A DNA stretch of 63,937 nucleotides from Chiloscyllium plagiosum (Eukaryota), in assembly GCF_004010195.1 (NCBI RefSeq), contig NC_057720.1, positions 402,031 through 465,967 of the forward strand, in the 5' to 3' direction. A model generated the notes under the pieces. The model was not told where the DNA came from and ran no database searches. It saw only the letters and a program-made list of their open reading frames with translations. Positions 51,410 to 63,937 of the stretch are shown here, one piece after another (the first letter of the stretch is position 1; every line of letters begins with the position of its first letter). Made by a program: the position numbers and the translations under genes.

Positions 51410-51646
51410 CTGAATTCAAACCAAAACAATGAAACAAAACAAGATTTAATTTATAAACCTGTTGAATCAAGTCTCAAACTGGCCTGTTTAGCCAATGAGG
51501 GAGGATTAGACATGATTGGGGAATAACAAGGGAGGGTTTTTAGGGAGGTGTGGGGGTGGTTTTAGGGATCATTCAGGTCATCAGAGATCTTCCAATCTTG
51601 ACTCCTCGGAAGATCTTGATCGGGTTTTTGCTACATTTGGCCCAAC

Positions 51647-51796
51647 CTGAAGTTTTGACGATTGGTGGCTGGAAAGGTGCTGCTTCCTCTTCTGAGTTGT
51701 AAAAGTTTTTTTGGAAGTAATCTTTGTCGCTATGTTCTTAGTTATAGTTTGTCCAACATCCTTCTTCAGTTTGATGAATGAAATGGATTTCTTTCT
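51647..51796 (-). CDS. col11a1: Collagen alpha-1(XI) exon 6B (basic variable region), 150 bp, RKKSISFIKLKKDVGQTITKNIATKITSKKTFTTQKRKQHLSSHQSSKLQ
   Basis: Acceptor TTTTTCAG|AGA, donor CAG|GTTGGG, phase 0-0. 14 K/R against 1 D in 50 aa. Lies between 6A and 7 and starts (R/K)KKS like human 6B. The donor position is less certain. Confidence 0.72.
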
Positions 51797-52127
51797 CTGA
51801 AAAATGTGGTGAGAGATGGAATGGAAAAAAGCATAAATAATGATGACCCGAAAATGGGGAAACATGAGATTCTCAGGTCAAGGGACTGCTTCCGGAATCC
51901 TTCTCGTTTCCAGCTGCTTCCAAAAAAATTGATGATTTGTGAAGGGAGGGAGGGATTGAGGGATGGAAAAAAAGGAAGGAGGGAGGGGTCTGGAGATGGA
52001 TGTGAGGGAGGGATAGAGGGAGAAAGAGATTATGGTACAGGGTGGTGGTCAGCAGAGAGTGAGGAAAATGTGGATAGGATTTGGTATGGAGAAAGAGTGA
52101 ATGACAGCTCTGGAAAGGAGGATAGAG

Positions 52128-52207
52128 AATGACAGGCAGGATGAGGTACAGTTCAATGACAGGCAGGATGAGGTACAGTTCAATGACAGGCAGGATGAGG
52201 TACAGTT
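52128..52207. repeat. 27-bp tandem repeat x3 (AATGACAGGCAGGATGAGGTACAGTTC) in the 6A-6B intron
   Basis: Three essentially identical copies. Confidence 0.92.
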
Positions 52208-52269
52208 GAAGATCGGGTGGACAAAGATAACAGACCATGCTGACATGTAGAGGCTGGGCTCCTCGTTAC

Positions 52270-52389
52270 CTCAGTTGGGAATTCTGTCTGCTCCAATGTC
52301 GGGACTTCCTCAGTTGGATGATAGTCAAACTCTATAAAGTCTCCATCACTATAATCATAGTCATATTCGAGTATTTCTTCTGGAGAGTA
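52270..52389 (-). CDS. col11a1: Collagen alpha-1(XI) exon 6A (acidic variable region), 120 bp, YSPEEILEYDYDYSDGDFIEFDYHPTEEVPTLEQTEFPTE
   Basis: Acceptor ACACAG|TAC, donor GAG|GTAACG, phase 0-0. Resembles human COL11A1 exon 6A (recalled as YAPEDIIEYDYEYG...QTE). Confidence 0.88.
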
Positions 52390-52859
52390 CTGTGTCATGA
52401 AGGGAAATGCAATCACAGCTATGTTAGTCGCAATCCAAGGGAGACTTGGCCAAGCAGAAACACACACTGAAGGAAATGAAAAGATGGTCAGATAAACGAG
52501 GGAAACATTGACATTGTGCACGATATACAGTGAGTGCTGGCCAATCAGCAGTGAGCTGTACATTGTCCACAGGTGCCAAGATTAACCCTCCTGCATGTTT
52601 TCATTCAGTCGCCAATGCTCACAACTTCCAGCGAGCTGTTTCTGACACAGGAGAACTCCAGGACTGGAAGTTCCCATTTGTTTTCTATCTCATGTTTTGG
52701 GTCTGCAGTGCTGAGCATTAAAGGGCAGAGAGTTTATTCATAACCTTCCAAACAAAGTGGGAGAAATACACAAAGAAGTAAATGTTACCTACTGACAGGA
52801 AACAGAAAAGGGAATGGGATAACTCTGAGAAAACTGGCATAACAGGAGTGGCCTCATGG

Positions 52860-54485
52860 GACCATAATACACAGGGGCAGAAATTAGGCCATTCAGCCCA
52901 TTGAGGTGATTTGAGTCTGCTCCACCATTCAATCATGGCTGATCGGTTTCTCAACCTCATTCTCCCACTTTCTCCCCATAACCCTTGATCCTTTGATATT
53001 CAAGAAACTGTCTATCTCAGTCTGAAATATACTCAATGACCCGGCCTCCACAGTCTGCTGTGGCAATGAATTCCATAGATTCCCCACTCTCTGGCTGAAG
53101 AGGTTTCTCCTTATCTCTGTTCTATAAGGTCTCCCCTTTACTCTAAGGCTGTGCCCTCAGGTCCTAGTCTTTCCTACCAATGGAAACATCTTCCCAACAT
53201 CCACTCTGTCTAGGCCATTCAGTACTCTGTATGTTTCAATTAGATCCCTCCTCATCCTTCTTAACACCATTGAGTATAGATCCAGAGTCTTCAAACATTC
53301 CTCATGTGTTAAGCTGTTCATTCCTGGGATTATTCTCGTGAACCTCCTCTGAACATACTCCAGGGTCAGAACATCCTTCCTGAGATATGGGGCCCAAAAT
53401 TGCATACAATACTCCAAATGCGGTCTGACCAGAGCCTTACAGAGCCTCAGAAGTACTTTCCTCTTGTATTTGACCTCCCAAAGTTCACCTTAGACTTGTG
53501 CAGATTAAACACCACCAGCCATTTCTCTGCCAACTTTCCCAACGTATCTATATCCTGCTGTATCCTTTGATAACCTTCCTCACTATCCACAACTCCACCA
53601 TCTTCCTGCTTTCTGCAAACTTACTAATCAGATCTCCTATATTTCATCCAAATATTTTGTTTAAATTACAAACAACAGATGTCCCCGCACTGATCCCTGT
53701 GGAACATGCCTGGTAACAGAACTCCAATCAGAAAACACCCCTCTACAATCACCCTTTGTCTTCTTTGACCAAGGCAATTTTGTATCCAACTCATAAACTC
53801 ACCATGGATCCCATGTGATTTAATCTTCTGGACCAACCTACCACGAGGAACCTTGACAAATACTTTAGTAAAGTCCATATAGACAACTTCCACTGCCCTA
53901 TTCTCACCAACCATCTCCATCACTTCTTCAAAAACCTCAATCAGGTTTGTGAGACAAGACCTCCCCCATACAAAGCCATGCTGACTATCCATAATAAGTC
54001 CATTCTTTTCCAAATGCAACTACATCCTGTCCCAAAGAATCTTTTCCAATAATTACCCTACCGCTGTCATAAGATTCACCCGTCTATAATTTCCTGGATT
54101 ATCCTTATTGCCTTTTTGAAATGGAGGAACAACATTGGCTAATCTCCAGTCCTCTGATACCTTGTCTGTGGCTAAAGAGGACACAAAGATCTGAGCAGTC
54201 TCCTGTCTTGTCTCCTTTCAGCATCTTGGGATAGGTCTCATCCGGCTCTAGGGATTTATGTACCTTAATGTGTTCAATAGATTAAACACCTCCTTCTTCT
54301 TCATATCAACATGCTCTAGAATATTCCTAAGTTTATCATCATCCACCTCCTTCTCCTTGGTGAATACTGAAGTGACGTACTCATTAAGAACCTCACCCAC
54401 TTCCTCTGGCTCCACGCACAAATTCTCTCCTTTGTCCTTGGGTGGACCTACCTTTTCCCTAGTTAACCTCTTGCTCCCAAACATG
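52860..54485 (-). mobile_element. CR1 LINE fragments (two subfamilies)
   Basis: EYCMQFWAP, QHGFVWGRSCLTNL, YMDFTKVFVKVP. Confidence 0.85.
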
Positions 54486-54901
54486 AAGATCCATCAGTTT
54501 ACTCAGCCCCATGTTACAGGACAACCCCCTGGACCCAGGGAGCCATCAGGTGAACCATCAGTGCCCTCTTACACAGCAAGTCCATGCTCCCTTCATTACA
54601 GCCCACTGTATCCCAGCCGTCTGCTCCCCAAACACCAGGACAATTGTTACTAGCCCCCAGACCCCTTGGGTTAAAGGCCAACATGCCATTTACTTTCCAA
54701 ATTACTTGCTGTACCTGCACATTATCTCTATGTGCCCTTTGTACAAATTCACCCAAATAACACGTTCTTGTGGAATGGTTCAAATACCACATCTTAGCCA
54801 ATCTGGTGCCAAAGTCCTAGATCTGGAGATCTAGCCCCTTTTCTCAGTGGATCTGGGAAGGGGGTGGGGGCAGCATGCTATTCACACAGGGAGAAACCTG
54901 T

Positions 54902-55348
54902 GGGCGGCATGGTGGCACAGTGGTTAGCACTGCTGCCTCACAGCGCCAGAGACCCGGGTTCAATTCCTGCCTCAGGCGACTGACTGTGTGGAGTTTGTGG
55001 ATCAGTGGTGCTGGAAGAGCACAGCAATTCAGGCAGCATCCGAGGACAGGCAAAATCGACGTTTCGGGCAAAAGCCCTTCAATTTTGCCCGAAACGTCGA
55101 TTTTGCCTGTCCTCGGATGCTGCCTGAATTGCTGTGCTCTTCCAGCACCACTGATCCAGAATCTGGTTACCAGCATCTGCAGTCATTGTTTTTCAGGTCA
55201 GGTGAATTGGCCATGCTAAATTGCCCGTAGTGTCAGGTGAAGGGGTAAATGTAGAGGAATGGGTCTGGGTGGGTTGCTCTTCAGAGGGTCAGTGTGGACT
55301 TGTTGGGCTGAAGGGCCTGTTTACACACTGTAAGTAATCTGATCTAAA
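54902..55348 (+). mobile_element. HE1-type SINE whose middle is replaced by a PLE foldback element (about 54998-55195)
   Basis: tRNA-like head and TAATCT tail. The internal inverted repeat is centred near 55080. Confidence 0.85.
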
Positions 55349-55469
55349 ACCTGCACACAGTGGGATAATTTAAACAGATTTGTTTTTGCTGGAACAATGC
55401 CCACTCCCATATTGTGGAATTAATGACTTTTTAAACAGTCAACATTCATGCTTGTGAAAAGTGGACATG

Positions 55470-57795
55470 TGTTCTCAGAAGAGAAAGATGTTGTAGCCAG
55501 GGATTTCAGTTGGGATGGTCAGCTTCTAGAACATGTTAAGATTAATAAGGAGGAGGTACAAGGTGTTTTAATGGGCACAGAGGCACATAAATCCCTAGGG
55601 CCTGATGGGATGTATCCCAGGTTGCTATGGGAGACAAGGAGAGAGATAGCTGGGGCCCTGGCAGAAATATTTAATACTTCGCTGACCACAGGTGAAGTGC
55701 CAGATGACTGAAGGATAGATAATATAGTTCCTTTGTTCAAGAAGGGCAGCAGGGATAGGCCAGGTAGTTACAGAGCAGATAGTCTGACAGCAGGGGGAGG
55801 GAAATTATTGGGAACAATTCTGAAAGACAGGATTAATCAATATTTGGAAATGCAGGGGTTGTTCAGGGATAGCACAGATTTGTTAGAGGGAGATCCTGTC
55901 TGACTAATTAAATTGTTTTTGAAAAGGTGACAAAATATATTGGTGAGGATAGTGCAGTTGATGTGGTTTACATGGAGTTCAGTATGGAGAGTATCGCCTC
56001 ACTTTAGGAAAGATGTGGAAGCTTTGGAGAGGGTGCAGAGAAGATTTACCAGGATGTTGCCTGGAATGGAGAGGAAGTCGTACGAGGATAGGTTGAGAGT
56101 TCTCGGCCTTTTCTCGTTGGAACGGCGAAGGATGAGGGGTGACTTGATAGAGGTTTATAAGATGATCAGAGGAATAGATAGAGTAGACAGTCAGAAACTT
56201 TTTCCCCGGGTACAACAGAGTGTTACAAGGGGACATAAATTTAAGGTGAAGGGTGGAAGGTATAGGGGAGATGTCAGGGGTGGGCTCTTTACCCAGAGAG
56301 TGGTGGGGGCATGGAATGCGCTGCCCGTGGGAGTGGTAGAGTCGGAATCATTGGCGACCTTTAAGCGGCATTTGGATAGGTACATGGATGGGTACTTAAT
56401 CTAGGTTAGAAGTTCGGCACAACATCGTGGGCCGAAGGGCCTGTTCTGTGCTGTATTGTTCTATGTTCTATGTTCTATGTTCTATGAGAGAGTGGGGACT
56501 GCAGACGCTGGAGATCAGAGTCAAGAGAGTGGTGCTGGAAAAGCACAGCAGGTCAGGCAGCATCCGAGGAGCAGGAGAATCAACGTTTCGGGCATAAGCC
56601 CTTCAGCAGGAATGAGGCTTGCTGATGAAGGGTTTATACTCGAAAGGTTGATTCTCCATGGACTTCAGTAAGTTCAGTTTACATGAACTTTTGACAAGGT
56701 CCCACCGGGAACGCTGGTCCAGAAGGCAAGTTGGCAAACTGGATCTGTAACTAGTTTAGAGATAGGAGGCAAAGGGTAGTGATGAAGGTTGTGTTTGTGA
56801 TTGGAAGCCGATGACCAGTGGTGTCCCACAGGGATTGGAGCTGAACTCTTGTTGTTTATGTACATTAACGACTTGGATGTGAATGTCGAAAGTTTGCAGA
56901 TGACACGAAAATTGGTGGGTGTTGTTGTTGACAGTGAGGAGGATGGTCTCAGGCTCCAGTCTGATATTGATCAGCTGGTAAACTGGGAAGAGCGATGGCA
57001 GGTGGAACCTCATCCTGATAAGTGTGAGGTGATGCATTAAGGGAGGTCTATTAAGGGAAGGTTATAGACAATAAATGGTAGGTTTCTAGAGAGTACTTAG
57101 GAATAAAGGGACCTTTAGTACAAGTCCATAGATCCCCGAGGGTGTCAGCACAGATAGACAGGATTGGGGGCATGTAATATACTGTAGAAGCAAGGGAGTC
57201 CTGTTCTAACTTTATAAAACATTGGTTAGGCCACAGATGGAATACCATATACAGCTCTGGTAACTACACTATTGGAAGGATGTGATTGCACTGGACAGTG
57301 TGCAGGGGAGATTCACCAGGATGGTGCCTGGGATGGAAAGTCTCAGTAATGAGGAGACTGAATAGGCTGGGTTTGTTTTCCCTGGAGCAGAGGATGCTGA
57401 GAGGGGACCTGATTGACAGATACACAATTATGGGAGAGATAGACAGAGTAGCTTGTGAGAATCCATTCCCCATGGCAGACATGCCAAAGACCAGAGGGCA
57501 AATATTTAAGGTGAGGAGCAATTGGTTTAAAGGGGAGCTGCGGAAAATGTTTTCACCCAGAGAGTGGTTTAAATATGCAGGGTGCTGCCTGAGAGGGTGG
57601 TACTGCCTGAGAGGGTGGTGGGGACAGGTACTCTCACAGCATTGTAGAAGCATCTGGATGGGCACTTAAAACGCCCTGGCATAGTAGGCTATAGACCAAG
57701 TGCAAGTAAATGGGATTAGGGTAGTTTGGTGTTTGATGGTCAGTGTAGACATGGTGGGCTGAAGACCCTGCATCTGTGCTCAATGACTCTATGAC
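55470..57795 (+). mobile_element. Old CR1 with a nested young CR1 3' end (55985-56486) and a PLE element (56487-56656)
   Basis: ORF2 motifs, a (CTATGTT)n tail, and a 14-bp near-repeat CATGGA(G/C)TTCAGTA at 55971-55984 and 56657-56670. Confidence 0.85.
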
Positions 57796-58335
57796 AGTGT
57801 CTGTAGATTTGTCATTCTGTCAACCCATTCCAATCCCCGGAATCTAATTTTTGAAAAACCACAGTCTGCTGTCTCTGTGGGCTGAAAGGATGGTGCTTGC
57901 AGTTTCAATTGCTGAAAGTTGACCTAAGCCTGAGGCCTACAATTATCGAATGGCAGACCATTCACCTTCCTTCACAAACTACAATCATCACAAAGACAGG
58001 GTGGGCTATGTGCTCACTGTTTGATTGATAGCTCTGATATGGGGTTATAAGTATAGACAAATGTTATTTTTATAGGATTAAGCAATGAAACGATTAAGTA
58101 ATTTGAATGGGCTTTCATCAGTGAGACATTTTTTATATACTGTGAAGTCTATAAATAAATGATGGCTGAGATTTAAATTTGCTTAAATTCAAAACAGGCA
58201 CATCTGGTCCAGTTGTGGAATGACATCTCATGTTAGCCACTGTGTGGTGGGTTTTGTAAGTGTGGGACACTGGAGTACGGTGAGTGCTTTGCTTGTTGTT
58301 CACAGCTGATGACTTCTGCTGTTTAATATGATCTG

Positions 58336-58497
58336 GGCAAAAGTGAGGACTGCAGATGCTGGAAACCAGAGTTTAAATCAGAGTGGTGCTGGAAAAGCAC
58401 AGCAGGTCAGACAGCATCCAAGGAGCACGTTGATTCTCTTGCTCCTCGTATGTTGACTAACCTGCTGTGCTTTTCCAGCACCATTCTGATGTCTACC
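58336..58497. mobile_element. PLE-derived foldback element (family A) with 17-bp TSD
   Basis: CTGTTTAATATGATCTG at 58319-58335 and 58498-58514. Confidence 0.85.
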
Positions 58498-58739
58498 CTG
58501 TTTAATATGATCTGCCAATCTTTAGGAAATTCAAACTACATAGCTGGCATCACACCAGCACTGAAACTCACGTACCAGATTACTTGTTTGTATCACAGGG
58601 AAAACATCGTTTTGGCTTGATCCCAGTATGCCGTTCGTGTTAAACACCATTTAAGGTGCTGCTGTATCACAACAGTATGGAACAACTGGTAATAAGGCAT
58701 GGCAGTGGTATGACTGATGGAATATCTCTTCAAAACAAT

Positions 58740-59285
58740 ACAAAACACTAGTGCGGCCTCACTTGGAATATTGTGTACAGTTCTGGTCGCCCCATTACAA
58801 AAAGGATGTGGATGCATTGGAAAAGGTGCAGAGGAGATTTACCAGGATGTTGCCTGGTCTGGAGGGAAGGTCTTATGAGGAAAGGCTGAGAGACTTGAGT
58901 CTGTTCTTATCATAGAGAAGAAGGCTAAGGGGGATTTGATAGAGACATACAAGATGATCAGAGGATGAGATAGGGTAGACAGTGAAATACTTTTTCCTAG
59001 GATGATGACGTCAGTGTGTACGAGAGGCATAACTACAAATTGAGGGGTGATAGATTTAAGACAGATGTAAGAGGCAGATTCTTTACTCAGAGAGTGGTAA
59101 GGGCGTGGAATGCCCTACCTGCTAATGTAATCAACTCAGCCACATTAGGGAGATTTAAACAATCCTTGGATAAGCACATGGAGGATGACGGGATAATGTA
59201 GGGGGACGAGCTGAGAATAGTTCACAGGTCAGTGCAACATCGAGGGCCGAAGGACCTGTTCTGTGCTGTATTGTTCTCTGTTCTA
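58740..59285 (+). mobile_element. CR1 LINE 3' end
   Basis: Near-identical to 1-452 over the shared part. Confidence 0.9.
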
Positions 59286-59701
59286 AAACAACTGGCACAG
59301 ATTCAATGACCTCTTTCTGTGCTGCACTATTTCAATGGAATAAAACACAATGGAAGGGTGCGCAACAGAAGTTGAGACAATGAGCACTTGAAATACCATC
59401 GTGTATGAGGCTACAAGCCTTGTGCTGAAAAATGGGATGAAAACAAATAGCTAGTTGCTGACCAGCACATATATGATAGGCCAAAGGGCCTCCATCTGTG
59501 CTGTAACATGCCCAACACTGCCTGAGTAAGCTTCTTGCAGAGGTAAAGGGCTGAGAGAGCACCTCCTGGCCCACAGTTTCACTCCCTGAACCAATTTCTA
59601 TCACAATTCCCATGAGAATGTATCCTGTTTGTCGGTCAAATCTCAGTGTAAACATACGTTTACTGTGGGAATGCTCAACTACATTTACCTGCAACATGTT
59701 A

Positions 59702-60011
59702 AGATTAGATTGGATTAGATTCCCTACAGTATGGAAACAGGCCCTTCGGCCCAACAAGTCCACACTGACCCTCCTAAGAGGGACCCACCCCCTGACCCTA
59801 TAATTACTCCTGACTAATGCACCTAACACTATGGGCAATTTAGCATGGCCAATTCACCTAACCTGCACATCTTTGGATTGTGGGAGGAAACCCACGCAGA
59901 CACGGGGAGAATGTGCAAACTCCACACAGACAGTTGCCCGAGGCTGGAATCGAACCTGGGTCCCTGGCGCTGTGAGGCTGCAGTGCTAACCACTGAGCCA
60001 CCTTGCCACCC
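59702..60011 (-). mobile_element. Full-length HE1-type tRNA-derived SINE
   Basis: Minus strand GGGTGGCAAGGTGGCTCAGTGGTTAGC (A box), GGTTCGATTCC (B box) and an (AATCT)n tail. Confidence 0.88.
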
Positions 60012-63000
60012 GATAACATTTCCAGTTGATATATAACAGTTTAAACAGCTCTGTTAGTGACAGAGACGCAGAGGTAGAACAAACCTAGTGGGAACTATGC
60101 ACCAGACAGTGACTTCATAGTGTTTGGAGGTTTCACTTTGATGGAACGTATAAGGGGTGCATTTTTAAGGTGAGAGAAGAGAGATTTTAAAAAGACAAGA
60201 GGAGCAAATGTTTTACACAGAAGGTGGCTCATCTGTGGAATTTCAGAGGAAGCAGTGGATGTGGTTGCAATTATAACGTTGAAAAGACATTTGGATAAGT
60301 CCATGAATAGAAATGGTTTGGAGGGATATGGGACAGGGAGGTGGACGGGTTTAGTTTGGGATTATGTTTGGCATGGACTGGTTGGACCGAAGGATGTGCT
60401 TCTGTGCTGAATGACTCTGCGACTAGTATGAATCCCCACTTCCTCTTCCTCTCCCCCATCACTTTCTCTCACTCACTCACTCACTCCCTCTCTCTCTCTC
60501 TCTCTCTTACTCTCTCCCCCTGCGTTAGTTCCTACTGTCTAATTTAGTTGAAAGAAACCATAGTTTTCGATTTCATTCAGTCTGCTTTGTGGACTGTCTT
60601 AGCTGGAGAATGAGCCCAGGCTTGTTTTGATTCCACCGTCTGGGGAGCTGAGGAGATTTATTTTTTTCAGTGACTTGTTGAGATCTGAAGGTGCTGCTTG
60701 AAATGGTGGTGGGAGCAGATGCAATCAGAACTTCAAAAGGGAATTGAGGTAATACAGAGAAAGAGAATAATGATTGCAGGGTCATGGGGAAAGGTCAGAG
60801 GAGTGCGACTGGCAAAGATCCTTCAAAGAGCCAGAACAAGATGGATGGGATGAATGGCTTCCTGCTGTGATTCCACTTGCAGAGACTAAACACCAGATAA
60901 AGGTTTTGACACAAACAAAGTTTCTGGGAAGTTACTGTTGGAGGACTCCTGTTCAACAGAACCTGGCAAAAAGCTGAAACATTGGCAACAAATGGACCCT
61001 TCATGTGACAGAGGTGAAAGAGTTTCTCTAATGGCCTGATTAATTATTTCAGGTAAGGACAGAGAGAGTAAAAACAAGTTAGTGACATCAGACACAACTA
61101 GCAAACTCTATTTGCCTGGTTTGTGTTGCCACCAAATTAACCATTTTTAATTTGGTGGGAAAATGTAACCAGAAACTGAAGCTCCCAAACTGAGTGTGTT
61201 CCTGGAGGCAACAAGAGGTTTAACAAGATCGAACATTCACCTGAAAGGAAGGTGAGAAAGATACAGCTTCCTGGAGCAGGGACACAATGACGCTCAGAGC
61301 AAGACAGGACACCAGAGGCAAAGAAAACACATCACAGTAAAATACAGGTAACTCAGGCTGGAGGCATTTATATGAAAGCACGGACAGTATATCATACAAT
61401 TTGTATTAGCCAGTATAAGGGACAATTAGCTGACGTGGGAGGCAATGGGTTAGTTCCCACAGCTGAGTCTTGAAAACAGGTCACTCAACCTGATGTTTTA
61501 GACAGCAAGTAAAAATTCCCTTCACAAAGAATAAATTCACCATGATAGCCACCAGAATTAGAATATCCACCATCTCCTACTCTTCCTGTCCTCCTGCTTA
61601 TTAAACAAGGTCTTCTCTGTTAAAACATCCTGGTGTAAAAGGCCAACACTGGATTCTCCCACAAGAGGAAACATCTTTTCCACATCCATTTGATCAACAG
61701 CCCTCGGGATTTTATTTGTTTCAATTAAACTATCCCTCACTCTCCGAAACAAGTCCTAACTGTCCAACCGTTCCTCAAGAGACTCCCACTCATTCATGGG
61801 ATCAATCCGGTAAACCTTCTCTGAACAGACTCCAAATTCCTTCCTTAAGTAAGGAGACCAAAACTGTACACAATATTAAAGATACGCTCTTGCCAAAGCC
61901 ACGTAAAACTCAAGCAAAACATTTGCTCTATTACGTTAAATTTCTGTCATAATAAAATATAATGTCCCATTAACCTTCTGAATCACTTGCAGCACCTGAA
62001 CATCTCCTTCTCACTCAATCCACTGACCCCAGGAAGCAAGTTGCTTACCTTCCCTGAACAGTTTCAAATTCAGATCCTTTTCCACCTTTGATAAGGAGAC
62101 CAAGCCTGTACACATTACTCTGGGTCTGATCTTTCCAATCTTGGGACACTTCCAGAAAGAATTCTCTGCTTCAAAACATCGTGCAATAAAGACCTCCATT
62201 CCATTCACCTTCCTACTCACTGACTGCACTTTATAAAAACTCATTGACAGGCTGTGGGTATTGTTGGTGAGGCCAGTTTCATCAGGCATCTAAGAGTCAA
62301 CCACATTGCTCTGGGTCTGGAGTCACATGGAGACCAGACTGAGTTAAGAGCAAGTCTCATTCCTTAAAGGAAGGATGATTAAATGTTTAAGGAACATTAG
62401 TGAACCAGATGGGTTTTATAACAATTTATAATCGCTAAATGGGCACTATCGGGCTCGTGTTTTTTAATTCCAGATTTCTGTCATATTCACATTTCACCTT
62501 TTGCCATGGTGATTTTCAAAGTTATGTCTTTAGAACATTAGCCTGGGGTGTTAAACGACTAACCTTGACATTACTCACTAACTTTCTCTGACCCATGAAC
62601 CAGGCATCCAAATCCTTTTGCATGACAGAGTTTCGAGTTCTCTGTCTGGCTGAATCATGTGCTGCCTTTCTATTCCTCCTGCCACAGGTTCACAGTTCCC
62701 CACTTACCCAACGCGACTCTACATTAGCAGACAATTTCTGTGGAGAGTGAAACCAAGTTAACACTTTGACTGAAGCTGAAAACAAACTATTTTCCCTGAC
62801 CCTGTGTTTCCAGTTGGCTCGCCAATCCTCTATCCACGCTAACAGATCACCGAGACACCAGGAGCTCTAACTCTGGGTCACAACCTCTGCTGGGAACCCA
62901 ATCAATTATATTTCAGGAATCAGAAAAGACTCCACAGCTGCTCCTTTATAGATGCTGCGCATCACATCCTCAAAAATCTCCAATTAATTTATCAAACATA

Positions 63001-63078
63001 ATTCCTCTTTAACAAAACTGTATTGATGCTGCATGATTGAAAATGTCTTTAATAACAAAGTCCAATGCTTGGCTTTCA

Positions 63079-63310
63079 AGAGGACTGCGGATGCTGTAAA
63101 TTAGAAACAAACAGAAGTTGCTGGAAAAGCTCAGCAGGTCTGCCAGAATCTGCAAAGAGAAATCAGAGTTAATGTTTAGGGTGCAGTGACCTTTCTTTAG
63201 AAATACTGGCAGTTCTGAGGAAGGTTCACATGCCCCAAAACATTAATGTTGATTTCTCTTCACAGATTCTGCAAGACCTGCCAAGCTTTTCCAGCAACTT
63301 CTGTTTCTGT
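63079..63310. mobile_element. PLE-derived foldback element (family B)
   Basis: Inverted arms AAACAGAAGTTGCTGGAAAAGCT / AGCTTTTCCAGCAACTTCTGTTT, a one-sided tail, and degenerate CTGAGGAAGG at 63215. Confidence 0.75.
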
Positions 63311-63937
63311 TCCTTTCCAAGAAGCCTGACTGATTCAAATCGCCCCGTTATTGTGAATATTCCGCTATTCCTGAGCTTCTGCTGTGAAGACAAACAGAAG
63401 ATATGTTCAAACTCTCAGTCACATTCCTGTTTATATAACTCATTCCTCAGTACCGTCCTCTGAGGGACCAACACTCACTTCAATTATTCCCCTCCTTTGA
63501 TACACTTGTAGATCTCTCAATGTCTGTTTTATACATTTATTGCTAATTTGCTGTTATTTCCCTCCTCATTATGCTTTGCAATCTGTTGCAGCTTTCTGAA
63601 ACTTTTCTAATCCACCGATCGACCGCTAATTTTAACAACATTACCAGCCTTTTCCTCCAATCTGACATCATACTTTCGAGAACAGAAAGCTGATACATTA
63701 AAGTGAAGTGGGTGCAGACGAGTCTAAGTGAAGATTATATTAGGGGCAATATATTGTTTGATCGGTCAAAGCATTATTCATTCTGTGCATTGTTAGTGAG
63801 CATTAGTGAAAGGCTGAAGATTGGGGAGCAGGAACAGTGTTGATAGTGAGAGGAAACACGAGGAGTGTGAGAAACAGCATGTTAATCACATTCCATTCAC
63901 ACTTTCCACCCATGTTGCCAGAAACAAATCAGCCATA

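Noticed and set aside
59016..59285. Segmental duplication with 1-452
   Set aside because: Similarity is limited to the CR1 3' end and the flanks are unrelated, so these are independent insertions of one subfamily.
59930..60011. tRNA genes at SINE heads (also 35583, 50187, 54902)
   Set aside because: The A/B boxes continue into a SINE body and a LINE-like tail, so these are retroposon heads rather than tRNA genes.
52390..63937. Exon 5 (end of the TSPN domain, YDYCEHYSPDC-like)
   Set aside because: Not found by eye on the minus strand; presumably beyond the window.

Overview
Vertebrate genomic DNA, most likely from a shark or other cartilaginous fish (inferred from the HE1-type SINEs and CR1 subfamilies), with several assembly N-gaps. 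The minus strand carries ten in-frame, phase-0 exons of a clade-B fibrillar collagen that best matches COL11A1: variable-region exons 6A, 6B, 7 and 8, then exons 9-14 (minor helix, NC2 linker and start of the major helix). The gene runs beyond both window ends. The introns are packed with fragmented CR1/L2-type LINEs, tRNA-derived SINEs, one Tc1/mariner-type MITE and several minisatellites. They also hold many Penelope-like element (PLE) remnants, mostly short foldback insertions with 11-17 bp target-site duplications that carry a minimal hammerhead-ribozyme motif. Most notable: the hammerhead foldback elements, a 15-bp-repeat expansion of collagen exon 8, the conserved acidic 6A / basic 6B exon pair and a candidate 36-nt micro-exon. 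Comparisons to human COL11A1 and to named repeat families are from recall, not from a database search.
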